NCBI GenBank assembly: GCA_964016885.1
Contig: OZ024756.1
Span: 24,428,001-24,492,000 of the forward strand
Length of the DNA stretch: 64,000 nt
Direction: 5' to 3'
Source of the DNA: Eledone cirrhosa
Taxonomy: Eukaryota
In this document: positions 45,746 to 60,000 of the stretch, one piece after another
How the letters are laid out: each line of letters opens with the position of its first letter
How positions within the stretch are numbered: position 1 is the first letter of the stretch
Position numbers and translations under genes: made by a program
The notes under the pieces: model-generated
Seen by the model: only the letters and a program-made list of their open reading frames with translations
What the model was told of the DNA's origin: nothing
Databases searched by the model: none

Positions 45746-45825
45746 ATAATAATAATAATAATGATAACAATAATAATAACATGAAGAATATTGCCATCTA
45801 CACAGTTTATATACAGAGTAAGAAA

Positions 45826-46053
45826 CTATGCAGATTCTTGAGCAAGTGTGAAGTTGTGGACGCTCCCTTTTGCAGCATACTGTTGGCCTGTACTCATCCT
45901 CTTCTTTTTCACAACTCCACCACCATTATCATCATAATCCATGCCGTCATCACCATCTTTTGGTCTATTTAAACATTTATGAGATGCCTCAGAACCAGCT
46001 CGAGGTGGTTCACCATAACCTCCACCACCAGGGGTCACTATGCTCAACATGTC
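45826..46053 (-). CDS. OPLAH: OPLAH last coding exon [16 protein letters not shown]...[13 protein letters not shown]
   Basis: Acceptor cctccccag; TPGGGGYG motif; GSV...AQE C-terminus; TAG stop. Confidence 0.93.
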   Translation of the reverse strand, partial: DMLSIVTPGGGGYGEPPRAGSEASHKCLNRPKDGDDGMDYDDNGGGVVKKKRMSTGQQYAAKGSVHNFTLAQESA

Positions 46054-49000
46054 CTGGGGAGGAAATAGAAAAAAACAACAACAAAGTTGAAATTAGAGAG
46101 TGTGTGAGAGAGAGAGAGAGCAAGAGAATGGAGTAGTGGGGGTGATAATGATCATCATCATCATCATAACCCTTTAGCATTTACATTACTCTATATATAT
46201 TATTGTATTTTCACAGTAAAGGCTTTACCTCATACAATATCAAATCTATGAGATTTTGATGATATTTATTTTGAGGAGAACAATACCTTAACATCAGTAT
46301 GAACAGCCAGTTACAGCTGGTTTGAACAGAAAGAGGTGAGAGAATTCTGGCCGGATACAGCCAATTTAAATGCTAAAGGGTTAATATTCATTTTTTTTTT
46401 TCATGCTGGCATGGGTTAGATGTGGTGATGGCCATGAGGATGATGGTGGTGATAGTAATGATGGTGGTGGTGGTGATGATGATGATCAGACTCTTCTGTG
46501 GGCATTACACAGACAATAGAAAATATACAGAACATTGAATTATTTTGATGCCAGTCTTCCAGCATGACCAAAACACAACTAAAAAACCATGTCATTTACC
46601 CCTGCTGTCACATAGACAGATGTCTTGTCACCGAGATTTATAAAACCATGTCACCCCTGCTATAACATAGACAGATGTCTTGTCATAAATGTTACACTGA
46701 TAAAACCATGTCACTTACACCAGATGTCACATAGATTAAGATTTACAACCATAAAACCATGTCACTTACCCCTGCTGTCACATAGACAGATGTCTTGTCA
46801 CCGAGATTTATAAAACCATGTCACACCTGCTGTAACATAGACAGATGTCTTGTCATAAATGTTACACTGATAAAACCATGTCACTTACACCAGATGTCAC
46901 ATAGATTAAGATTTACAACCATAAAACCATGTCACTTACCCCTGCTGTCACATGGACAGATGTCTTTCCACCAAGATTTATAAAACCATGTCACACCTGC
47001 TGTAACATAGACAGATGTCTTGTCATAAATGTTACACTGATAAAACCATGTCACTTACACCAGATGTCACATAGATTAAGAATGACAACCATAAAACCAT
47101 GTCACTTACCCCTGCTGTCACATGGACAGATGTCTTTCCACCAAGATTTACAACTCGACCATCTTTATAAAATAGTAAATTACTTCCTCGTTGACCTGGT
47201 TGACCTCCTGTAATGAGAAATGTCTTAATTAGCCTCAACAGAAAATTGTTTGCTATCAACAAGAACTACAGAACATCATAGGATTGTTTGGTGAAATATG
47301 GCCTTAAGATTCATCATCATCACCATCATCATTACCGTTTAACATCTATTTTTTCCATGCTTGCATAGGTTAGATGGGTCATCCACGTTATGAGACAAGT
47401 CTGGCCAGTTGGCTGCACCATACCTTGCTCAAACAGAACTGTATTTTGGCTGGGTTTTTTCAGCTGGATGCCCTGTCTAACACCAACCACATTTACAGTG
47501 TCGAACTGCATGGTCCTGTTACGAGGAGCGTCTGGCCAGTTGGTTGTGCCATACACTGTTTTGTGAAATATGTGGTTAGGATTGTTTTGGGAGAAAACCA
47601 GTACAATGTACAAGAATGAAAACTAGAATAAAATCATCATCATCATCATTGTTTTAATGTCCGCTTTCCCTGCTAGCAAGGGTTGGATGGTCTACATAGA
47701 TCAAGTCAGTACTGGATGCTTTTCGTTGTGGCACCAGCACTGTTTTTTAAAACTAAGGCATGCTGAAGTTATTCAAACATTCTCTGCTCAATTCTTCTGT
47801 TGAATATAGTAGCATTGAAGTAATCACTCTACAAGATCCCAGACCTCATTAACTTATCGAGTGGAATGGCACTCGTCAAATCAGACGACGGAAACAATGT
47901 TTCCATTGGTCTTTCCATTGCTGCTACTATTTACTGGTTGCAACTCCTGGCAGAGTAATAGTGTTGTTTATCTCGAGGTTATTATTCCTGAGTTTTCATT
48001 GGGGTGGGGGAAGAATGAATGATTCCATGCAATATCTTGGGTAGGATATGATATCCATGATTTCTCGGACTAAATAAATAAGTTACAAACCTTTCATGCC
48101 ATAGGGATGGTAGACTCTCCTTTCAGTCAGAACCGATAACTGGATGTCTTTGCGGAACAGAAGTTCTCTTGCAACACCATCTCCACCCCTGAATTTCCCA
48201 GCTCCTCCGGTCCCAGGACTTAAGGAAAAGCTTTGTAACACAACAGGATATCTGAAATCAAATAGAACAGGAATTATATGCATATATAAACTGCACCCTT
48301 TGCACTCTGTTAAGTAGTTGAATACAAGGAAGGACATCAAGCTGTAGTATTCATGCCACAAAAGAGCTGAAAGTATTTGTTAGTCATATCAAGGACACGA
48401 CAGCCTCCCTAGTGCTGGTGCCATAAAATGCACCCAGAAAACACTGTAAACCCACAACACTACAATCTTTAGTCCAACACCTTAACCACGAGGTTGCATA
48501 CCTTCATTTTGGAGGATTGCTATATATGATATGATATATATTGGAGAATTAGGACATGTCAGATGGTTATAGACATGTTGGAGGATTAATAGATACGTTG
48601 GAAGGGTTAATATAAATGATATGTGTCAGAGGATAGCTATGTATGATATGGCGTGTTAGAGGATAGCTAGATATGATGTGTTAAGCTAGTTATGATATAC
48701 GTTAGAGAATAGCTAGATAGGACATGTTAGAAGATAGCTAAATATGACAGGTGTTAGAGGATAGCTAGGTAGGTATGACATGTTAAAGGATAGCTAGATA
48801 CGACGTGTTACTGGCAAGCTAGATATGATATGACGTGATAACTAGATATATGTTTTAGAGGATAACCAGATATGATATGTTAGAGGAGAGCTAGATATGA
48901 CATGTTAGTGGAGAGCTAGATATGACATGTTAGTGGAGAGCTAGATATGATATGTTAGTGGAGAGCTAGATATGATATGTTAGTGGAGAGCTAGATATGA

Positions 49001-52000
49001 TATGTTAGTGGAGAGCTAGATATGATATGTTAGAGGAGAGCTAGATATGATATGTTAGAGGAGAGCTTGATATGATATGTTAGTGGAGAGCTAGATATGA
49101 TATATTAGTGGAGAGCTAGATATGATATGTTAGTGGAGAGCTAGATATATGTTAGTGGAGAGCTAGATATGATATGTTAGAGGAGAGCTAGATATGATAT
49201 GTTAGAGGAGAGCTTGATATGATATGTTTTAAGGCTAGAGGATTAAAAGAGAGGAAGAATGTAAGGAACCCAAACCTATCAGGTCTAACTGGCATGTGGT
49301 TTACCTGCGTTCTAGGATTTCTGGATCTGTGATCCTTGTGTTTGTCATATGTGTGTGGATTCCACTTCGACCATTCCAGCTGGGACCCTAAACACAAACA
49401 AACAACAGGAACAAAGAACTTTATTATGTAATATGAACAAAGAACTTTATGTAATATGCTCAAAGACTTTTGTTATATAAACTCAAAGACCATTGTTGTG
49501 TAATAAGCTCAAATGGATTTGTTATCTAATAAGATCAAATACATTTGTTATGTAATAAGATCAAAGACCTTTATTGTGTAAAATGAACAAAGGACGTTAT
49601 TATGCAATAAGCTCAAAGAACTTTATGTGATATGAACAAAGAAGTTTGTTAAGAAACAAAATTCTATGTTGTACTGTGGCTAACTGATTAAGCCTTCACT
49701 CAGTTTAATGTTGTCAAACAATTAACACAAGCTGACTAATTAAAGGTCTTCCAACCATGACCATATCTATAATTTCTTTGGACAGTGCATGTTGTATCAA
49801 AAAGAAAGGAGTTGATCATCAGATGAGATCAAAGAATTTATGTTTCCATTGGTCTTATGATTGTTAATGCTATCTGCTGGGCACAACTGGGATAATATCT
49901 GCTGGACACAACTGGGATAATATCTGCTGGACACAACTGGCTGAAGTAGGAGTAATATCTACTAGTCACAACTCCTGGCAGAAGTAGGAGTAATATCTAC
50001 TAGTCACAACTCCTGGCTGAAGTAAGGGTGCTACCTGCTGGTCCCAACTCCTGGCAGAAGTAAGGGTGCTACCTGTTGGTCACAACTCCTGGCTGAAGTA
50101 AGGGTGCTACCTGTTGGTCACAACTCCTGGCTGAAGTAAGGGTGCTACCTGTTGGTCACAACTCCTGGCTGAAGTAAGGGTGCTACCTGTTGGTCACAAC
50201 TCCTGGCTGAAGTAAAGGTGCTACCTGTTGGTCACAACTCCTGGCTGAAGTAAGGGTGCTACCTGTTGGTCACAACTCCTGGCAGAAGTAAGGGTGCTAC
50301 CTGTTGGTCACAACTCCTGGCAGAAGTAAGGGTGCTACCTGTTGGTCCCAACTCCTGGCTGAAGTAAGGGTGCTACCTGTTGGTCACAACTCCTGGCTGA
50401 AGTAAGGGTGCTACCTGTTGGTCCCAACTCCTGGCAGAAGTAAGGGTGCTACCTGTTGGTCACAACTCCTGGCTGAAGTAAGGGTGCTACCTGTTGGTCA
50501 CAACTCCTGGCTGAAGTAAGGGTGCTACCTGTTGGTCACAACTCCTGGCAGAAGTAAGGGTGCTACCTGTTGGTCACAACTCCTGGCAGAAATTTTGGGA
50601 AAGGAGCCAATTATCAGATTAAACCAAATAAACCAAATTGTTTAGTTAGGGAGATACAAACACATGATTGCCAAAATCAACAGCCTCATATATTCTGAAA
50701 CCTTAGTTCTACGAACATAGACAAAAATGTTTAAAAATAACAGAACCCCACTGCCTGCCAAAAAACAAAAACAAAACAAAAGCATAAAACAAAATGAGAA
50801 GTAAGCAATATGGTAAAACATTCCCAACATATTGAATTACTCACAGCTCCGGCACCTCCAGCTATTGTCTCATAGTAACCAATCTCTTCATCACCAAATG
50901 TTACATTGTTCATACAACCCTTGAGAGAAAAAGAAAAACAGAAGATAAACAATTTAACCCTTTCATTATCATACAGTGGAACCTCACTTCACACACTTAA
51001 TTCATTCCTGAGTGTTGTAATATACTCATCCTCACATCATCCCATGAAGCGGCCGACATAATATCTACAACATTCTCAGACATAGATAACAACATAAGAT
51101 TTACCATAGAACACCACGGTAATAATGGTTCATTGTCCTTGCTGGACTTCCAGCTCAGAATAACAGAAGAAGGTGCTATGTACACCAACTTCTATAGGAA
51201 AGCCACCAGCAGAGACCTGTTTGTGTGTATTATAGATCAACCCTTCCCCCTGGTGCTAAAACTGGATACATAAGAAATGAACTTTCGCATATCTGGAATA
51301 AATGTAGCAAGACGGAGGACCTGATCACTCACACTGCACACTACATAGATGTAGGGAAGACAAACGGATACCCAACATCTACCGTGAATCATCTTAGGAA
51401 TAATAGCCACTGCAGGCATAAGACCTCCTCTAACACCTGCTTCATGAAAATACCACACTTCAGCAAAAACATAACCACAGCTATCCACAAAGAAGAACTG
51501 GACATACAATTAGCACAATTCGGCCCTTCACTGTGTGGGTACCTATCTAGAAAGCAATCCAGAGTCAACAACTACCAATGCTCGCTGACTAACTGCCCTA
51601 TCAACAACACAGGTATGTGCCAGCAAACACATGTGGTATACCAGATTGAATGCAGCAAATGCAAGAAGTTCTACATCAGTAGCATGACTGAAGCACTTCA
51701 CTCGCATTAAAGAACACCTCAACGCACATGCATCCTCATTCAAAAGACATATTGACAAATGCAGAAACACCAACAAAAATATAATTGTCAACATTGAAGC
51801 CAGAGAGAGAAATGTGGGCAATTTAAGAATTAAGGAATCCTTGCTCATACTTGGACTCAACCCACAAATAAATAATAGAACTCAGCACACAATACTTAAC
51901 ATAAAAAGGCGCACACACACACGCTACATAAACAACATATACAAAAAATAAAATTTATTCCATGAAATACTACATCGGCAATTGATGTCATTCTTGTGAA

Positions 52001-55000
52001 TAGCGAAATAACCACCAAACAACGTTAAATTTGATACCAAAGATAAGAAACCAGAACATTATTCTCAGAAAGTTTCTTATATTCTGCAGAAGGGAATCTT
52101 AGTCCCGAAATATTAGGGCGAAAGAAACAATAGCAACAACAAAGATTTCCAGGTAACTTACTTTTTCGTTCATTTTACAGTCCATTTTGCATTGTTTAGT
52201 CTTATATCTCTTTCCACATTATATATCATATACAATGCTTTAAGCAAACTACAACATTTTATATATACAAATATAATACTAAATAAAAGGCGGGGTTGAT
52301 AATAAAATAAGAAAAAGGTTGGGGGATGAGAAGACCCATACACACCACAACAATGAGCACTAGAGCTTCCTTCTAATAATTTCTGAGGCAAGTCTACACA
52401 CTCACAGTATTGCTAATGAGGTGATACTGAGGTTAAGGCGCTGGAACAAACAGGCATCCTCACCAGGAACATGGTAAAATGAGCCACGAGCAATGACAAG
52501 GACTTCGTTGGTTGTCAGTGGTCCACCAGATTCCTCAGACATCATGAAAGCCCCACCACCCTAGCAAGTCCTACACAAGATGATGTAATAACTATCATAA
52601 CTACCTGTGAAGCTGCACATGCTTGAAAAGCTTTTAAGACAACATCTACGATTCTTTGGGAGGTGAGGACATTACCGCCAACAATTGCTGCCGTATCTGA
52701 AGGGTCTAGAATACTGCCTTTAGGGATGATAATCTTCACTGGTACCAGACAACCCTGAAACAGTAGATTAATTATTATTAGGTAGATAGGCAGATATGAT
52801 GATGATGATGGTGGTGGTGGTCCTGGTGATGGTAATGATGGTTATGATGATGATGATGGTGGTAGTGGTCCTGGTGACAGTAATGATGGTTATGATGATG
52901 ATGGTGGTGGTGGTCATTGTGATGGTGGTGGTGGTGATGATGGTCATTGATAGGGATGAATATGTTGATGATGGTGAAATAAAAAAAAAACAAAAAAACT
53001 CCCCAATTCTGTTTTTCTTACCTGGTTCAAAGGAATGTTGTGACCGACCATACACCGAAGACAGTAAATGAGTGCTGATAGTGTTATGGCACGAGGAGCA
53101 TTGCAGTTGCCATGCACTTGATGTGTTGTTCCGGTGAAGTTGAACACGGCTGTCCCCTTTAAAGAGAAACAAACATAAATAGGGTCCCTGTTATAGTTTA
53201 CTATACATTACCATTAGGATAGAGAAGATTCACCAGTCTGGTTAAAAAAAGTGGTCTTGCACGGGGGCTCACTAGGCTGGTACTTATCCCAGTTTGTGTG
53301 GCCTGAAGCAACTGAGAGTACAAGAGTAACACCCTGGACAGGACACCAGTCCATCACAGGGTTAAACCCCCCCCAGCTGCTGCTGTTGGTACTTATTTTC
53401 AGCTGAGTATACTGGAGCAATGTAAAATGAAGTGTTTTGCTCAAGAACACAACACATACTTTTGATTTCCATGTGTCTAACACATGTGGACATGCCCACA
53501 AAGTCAGAAAACAGCACAGTTCCCATGACTTTCGGAAACATTTTTTCACGCTCAGAGTTGCAATTTATATTTAAACACATTACTCAGAAGGTGCAAATTA
53601 AGTAGAATTTTTAGAAATTTTCAATTCGATAAATATTCCTCAATTTTAAGAATGGAAGCAATCCTTATTGTAACAAACCTTGCTTTCATTTATGTCAACT
53701 TGAAGTCGAATGCATGACCCATCATCCATAAAGTCCTCAGCAAATAACTGAGTACTTCCAGTATGTTTTCTGGTCGTTTTTGCGATAGTTTGCAACATCT
53801 CTTTCACTGCAATTTCAGCATTTTTCTGAAAGAGGAAATAGACCATTCTAAGTTATACAGAATGAAATAAATAAATTTGTTAATTCTTTTACATGCTGGG
53901 ACATTGCTTTCTTTTACAGGTTTGTCTTTAAACTGTGGGCATGCTGGGCCACTGCCTTCTTTTAATGGTTTCAGTCATTAGATTGTGGCCATGCTGGGCC
54001 ACTGCCTTCTTTGAATGGTTTCAGTCATTAGACTGTGGCCATGCTGGAGCACTACCTTTTACTGGTTTCAGCCATTAGACTGTCTCCATGCTGGGCCACT
54101 ACCTTCTTTTACTGGTTTTAGTCTTTAAATTGTGGCCATACTGGGGTACAGTCTTAAATAGATCTAGTTGATCCTATCGATTCAAACACTTATATTTTTT
54201 CAAGATTGTTTCTTATTTTATCGATCTCTTTCTGTTGAACTGCTAGGTCATGGAATCCCATGAAAACATACATAGACTCAAACATAAACACAGACACCCA
54301 CACATATAAGTATATACACTACAGGCTTCTGCAGTTTCTACAAAATTTCACTCACAAGGCATTGGTAAATCTAAGTCAATATTAGAAGACACCTTGCTCA
54401 AGGTGTCACACAGTGAGACTGAATCTGGAACCATGTGGTTGCAGAGCTAACTCTTTAACCACACAGCCATACCTCTGTCTAAAGTTATTCTTTGTATATT
54501 GAAAGCTTAACAGGAATATTCATACATTCTGTCTGATGGAAAATATTAATAATAATGGTTTCTGATTTAGACACATCATCATCATCGTTTTACGTCCGTT
54601 CTTCCACACTAGCATGGGTTAGACGGGTTGTCCTGTTGTGGGCAGTGTCCAGTCGGCTGACCTTGTCTTGCTCATACAGGAACTGATTCTGGCTTGATTT
54701 CACAAGGCCAATAATTTTGGGGAATGTGGAAAGTCAATTAAATTGACCCCAGTATGTTACCGGTACTTTATTTTATCGACCCCCATAAGGATGAAAGGCA
54801 AAGCTAACCTCGGTGGGATTTGAACTCAGAACATAAAGGGCTGTAACTATGTACCATAAAACATGCCCAATGCTCTACCAATTCTCCCAATACCCCACCC
54901 TAGAAAATAATAATAAAATTATAATAATGACAAAAACAAGTTAAAATCTGCCTCATGCTCAGCGGCTTGTCAGGTCGGAGATTATCCCAGTTTTATTAGT

Positions 55001-55418
55001 GTTGAGCAAGAGTATAAAACTTCCCCCTGGATAAGACACTAGTCCATTGCAGGGTTAATTCCCAGCTGCTGCTAGTACTCATTTTCAGCTGAGTTAATTG
55101 GAGCAATGTGAAATGAAGCGTTTTACTCAAAAACACAACATGTCACCAGCCAGTCCAGCAATCAGACTCATGATATCAAGATTGTAAGCACAACACCCTA
55201 ACCCTTCAGCCATGTACCTTCATGAGAAAATAATGAAACAAAAAAAAGATTCCCTCTTACTTGAATATGATCCATGTAGGCCTGTACGACTTTTAACGAA
55301 TAATAATTAATCAACTCCTGCACCAGTTCAATGCCCTGCAATGTAACACAGACATAACATAAACAAACAAACGAGCTATTCTGAAAATGAGTTATATGAC
55401 CTGTATCATCATCATCCA

Positions 55419-55449
<31 letters not shown>

Positions 55450-57017
55450 GTTTCTTATATAGGCACAACGCCAGCAATTTTGGGGGAGGGGAAAGTCGAT
55501 TAAATCAACCCCAGTGCGTGACTGGTACTTTATTTTATCGACCCCGTAAGGATGAAAGGCAAAGTTAACCTCAGAGTTACGGCCCTTTATGATCTGAGTT
55601 CAAATCCCTCTATGCTGCAAAGCATGGTGTCCGACCCTCTACCGACACTGCCAATCCACCGCCCTTATAACAATAATAATGATTTCTGATTTAGGCCAGC
55701 AATTTGAGGTAAGGCAAAAGTCAATTAAATCGACCTCCCCAGTGCATTACTGGTACTTTATTTTATCAACCACTGTAATAATGAAAGACAAAGCTAACCT
55801 TGGCGGGATTTGAAATCAGAACGTAAAGGGATGTAACTATATACCACAAAATTCATCCTGCCAATCCACAATAATAATAATAATTGGTTCTACTTTTGGC
55901 ACACGGCCAGCAATTACCTCAGTGCATTACTGGTACTTTATTTTATCGACCCCGTAAAGATGAAAGGCAAAGTCAACCTTGGCGGAATTTGAACCCAGAC
56001 CGTTTTTCATGTTGAGATGTGTTGGATGTGTTGTCACAGACGATGTCAATATTTAATTGGGGGGTAACTGTTCTCTCAGATGGACCAGGGCCATGTCTTT
56101 TTCCCTCCCATTCAGGTTTTGGCATGGATGTCCTTCATGTCAACCAATAATTTTACAACATGTATTTGATAATGGGAACACCAGAATACCAGAAAATTTA
56201 TTTATAGTATCTCAAATCCGAGGGATCATTAGGCCAGTGCTTGTTCTAGTTTCCATGGCGTTAAGTGACTATGAGTACAAGACTGCCCCTTCAACAAGAC
56301 ACCAGTCCATCACAGGGTTAAAGTGTCTTATCCTAGTGTTTGCAGTGTTAAGCTACTGAGAATACAAGACTTCCTGCTAGACAGGACACCAGTCCAATGC
56401 AGGGTTAACCCCCCAGGTATTGTCGGTACACATTTTCAGCTAACTATAATGGAGCAAAGTGAAATGAAGTGTTTTGCTCAAGAACACAACACGCAACCCA
56501 GCCTAAGAATCGAACCCATGAGATTATGATTGTTAGGCTGTGGATTGGCAGTTATCGGTAGAGAGTCGGACGCCATGCTTTCCAGCATAGTTACGTCCCT
56601 TTACGATCTGAGTTCAAATCCCGCCGAGGTTAACTTTTGCCTTTCATCCTTACGGGGTCGATAAAATAAAGTACCAGTAATGCACTGGTAGAAACAATTG
56701 TAATTGTTAGTCCATCACATGTACCATTGGACCACATACCTTCATGTTATTTAGTGATTGATTAGTGGTGTTATACTTATATATTCTGTGTTTAGGACTC
56801 TCACATTTTCAAATTCCAATAATCAATAAGTAGATGGTCAATATACCTTATGATTGGCTGCTACTTGTGCTTTGAGGTCACTTAGGTTGTGTTGGAGGTT
56901 TCGGGTACCACTGCTGCCAGGGTATTTTGCTGGAAGCATTAAAGCTTCAGTGAGGGCTACAAGAAGAGAGAGATCATTATAATTACTCATAAACACACAT
57001 ACATATATATATATATT

Positions 57018-57051
<34 letters not shown>

Positions 57052-60000
57052 TACATATAAACACACACACACATATATATATATACACACACAAATATAT
57101 ACATATATATATATTTATACACACACACACACACTCACATATATATATATATAAATATACACACACAAATATACATATATATATACACACACAAATATAT
57201 ACATATATATATATACACCACACACACATATATATTTATATATATATATATATACACACACAAATATATACATATATATATACATACACACACAAATATA
57301 TACATATATATATACATACACACACAAATATATACATATATATATACATACACACACAAATATATACATATATATATATACACCCACATACACTTCTATA
57401 CATCCATTACTGGTGCCATGTCGAAGGTCCTCTTCCAGCTCACCCTGTCTAGCATTGGAGTCTGAATTTCCTCTGCCTCCAACCCAGAGTCATCTTCCAG
57501 AACATCCTTCTGTGTGATGGATGGTATCCCAACCTGTCTGCATACATTTGGTTTCCAGAAAAGAACTCTGCCAGAAGGTCCATTGTGACATTTCACATGT
57601 CCAGTTAATGTGAGCCTCCTATGTCTTATGATGTCAGAAAGGCGAAGCTGTGAGCTATGAAGTGATTTCTTTACAATGTGTGTTCTCCAGGATATGTCTC
57701 ACCATTCATGTGAATGGTGCCATTAATCTTCTTTGCGAGTGTTTTTCACACACGCACGCACGCACACACACGCACGCGCACACACACACACATCCCAGGG
57801 GCCGTAACTCTTTGCTGCAAAGCATGGCGCCTGACCCTCTACCGACACTGCTAATCCACCGTCTTTAATGACCGCAATGACATAATTAATGAAATGATGT
57901 AAGATTTCAGAATACTGTCTTTTTCTACGTTCTTATTAAAAAAAAAAAAAAAAAAATCCGTCTTACATATACCTGCGTGAATGTACCAGAGTTTTGCGAG
58001 TGTTTTTCACACACACACACACGCGCGCGCGCACACACACACATCCCAGGATGAAATAAATAATGTCAATATTTTAAGATGTAGCTAACAATTTCCTGTC
58101 ATTTGAAAAGCTGTCAGTTACTGAAGGAATGAACTCTGCCAGGTTTAAAACTCACCCGCAAAACACCTATATGTCACTACGGTGCCTCTAAGACTCCACC
58201 AGGAGTTACACATCTATACGGTGCAATATGAATGTATCAAAAAGAACCTTTTTCTTGGAATTTACCTCCAGGATCTCAGGAAAGAAACCCTAATGGCTAA
58301 ACAACAAAAACAACAACATCTACCTTTTTCTTGGAATTTGCCTCCAGGATCTCAGGAAAGAAACCCTAATGGCTAAACAACAAAAACAACAGCATGTACC
58401 TTTTTCTTGGAATTTGCCTCCAGGATCTCAGGAAAGAAACCCTAATGGCTAAACAACAAAAACAACAACATGTACCTTTTTCTTGGAATTTGCCTCCAGG
58501 ATCTCAGGAAAGAAACCCTAATGGCTAAACAACAAAAACAACAGCATGTACCTTTTTCTTGGAATTTGCCTCCAGGATCTCAGGAAAGAAACCCTAATGG
58601 CTAAACAACAAAAACAACAACATGTACCTTTTTCTTGGAATTTGCCTCCAGAAACCAGCTTGAAAGATTTAAACACAGCTCCTTCTTGATCTAAAGAGAT
58701 GGAGTGTGGTGGCATAGAACCAGGTGTGATACCTCCAATATCAGCATGGTGACCTCGGCTGGCTACATAGAACACGGGTTGACTTTCATTGGCGTAGAAC
58801 ACCTGAGGTAAATAATACAATGGCAGAATTAAGGTGTAAGTAAGGTGTAATTATGTTCTGCTTAGTAATGAGAAAGTTAGTTATATTCCTAAATCCCTTT
58901 AAATTCTTGATTATTTTCAGAATTATTTGGAAACACACATGCAGAAATATAGTAATGAAAGGGTTAAAGACATAGGCAGTGTTTTTTCCTTAGAAATATA
59001 GTAATGAAAGGGTTAAAGCCATAGGCAGTGTTTTTTCCTTAGAAATATAGTAATGAAAGGGTTAAAGACATAGGCAGTGTTTTTTCCTTAGAAATATAGT
59101 AATGAAAGGGTTAAAGACATAGGCAGTTTTTTTTCCCTTAGAAATATAGTAATGAAAGGGTTAAAGACATAGGCAGTGTTTTTTCCTTAGAAATATAGTA
59201 ATGAAAGGGTTAAAGACATAGGCAGTGTTTTTTCCTTAGAAATATAGTAATGAAAGGGTTAAAGACATAGGCAGTGTTTTTTCCTTAGAAATATAGTAAT
59301 GAAAGGGTTAAAGACATAGGCAGTGTTTTTTCCTTAGAAATATAGTAATGAAAGGGTTAAAGACATAGGCAGTGTTTTTTCCTTAGAAATATAGTAATGA
59401 AAGGGTTAAAGACATAGGCAGTGTTTTTTCCTTAAAAATATGGTAATGAAAGGGTTAAAGACATAGGCAGTGTTTTTTCATTAGAAATATGGTAATGAAG
59501 TCGTTAAAGACATAGTCAGTGTCTTTCATTAGAAATATGGAAATGATAGGGTTAACTAAAAGACCAAGAAATCTATAGGAACTGTCAATAACAACTTAAT
59601 TGTTCAGCATAATATTTCTTTCAATACTGAAAAACAGAGAGAGAATGGGAGGACGGGGAGGGCTTATTGGAAGAGAAGAGAGAGATGGTGGCTTACTGGA
59701 GTGATATAGAGAGGGGAGGGGTTATTGGAAGAGAAGAGATAAATGGTGGCTTACTGGAGTAATAACTGTTAGATCAGGTAAATGACTGCCACCAGCCTGG
59801 GGGTGGTTACTCAGGACTACGTCCCCTGGGTAGAGATTATTTTTGAAAGCCTTCATCTGAAATAGAAATAATTGAAAACACTATTATAGTTATCATATAT
59901 ATTATATATACACAATTGTATATATTATACACACTAGTAAATAATACTGTATATATTACACTGGTCGACAAAACTTTTTTTTTTCAGCTGACTCGAGTTT

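Noticed and set aside
49870-50592. Regular 38-bp repeats superficially like a CRISPR array
   Set aside because: No unique spacers, no cas genes, and eukaryotic intron context; the same applies to the other arrays
52768-52993. Poly-His / poly-Met-Val ORFs
   Set aside because: A (GAT/GGT)n trinucleotide repeat inside an OPLAH intron
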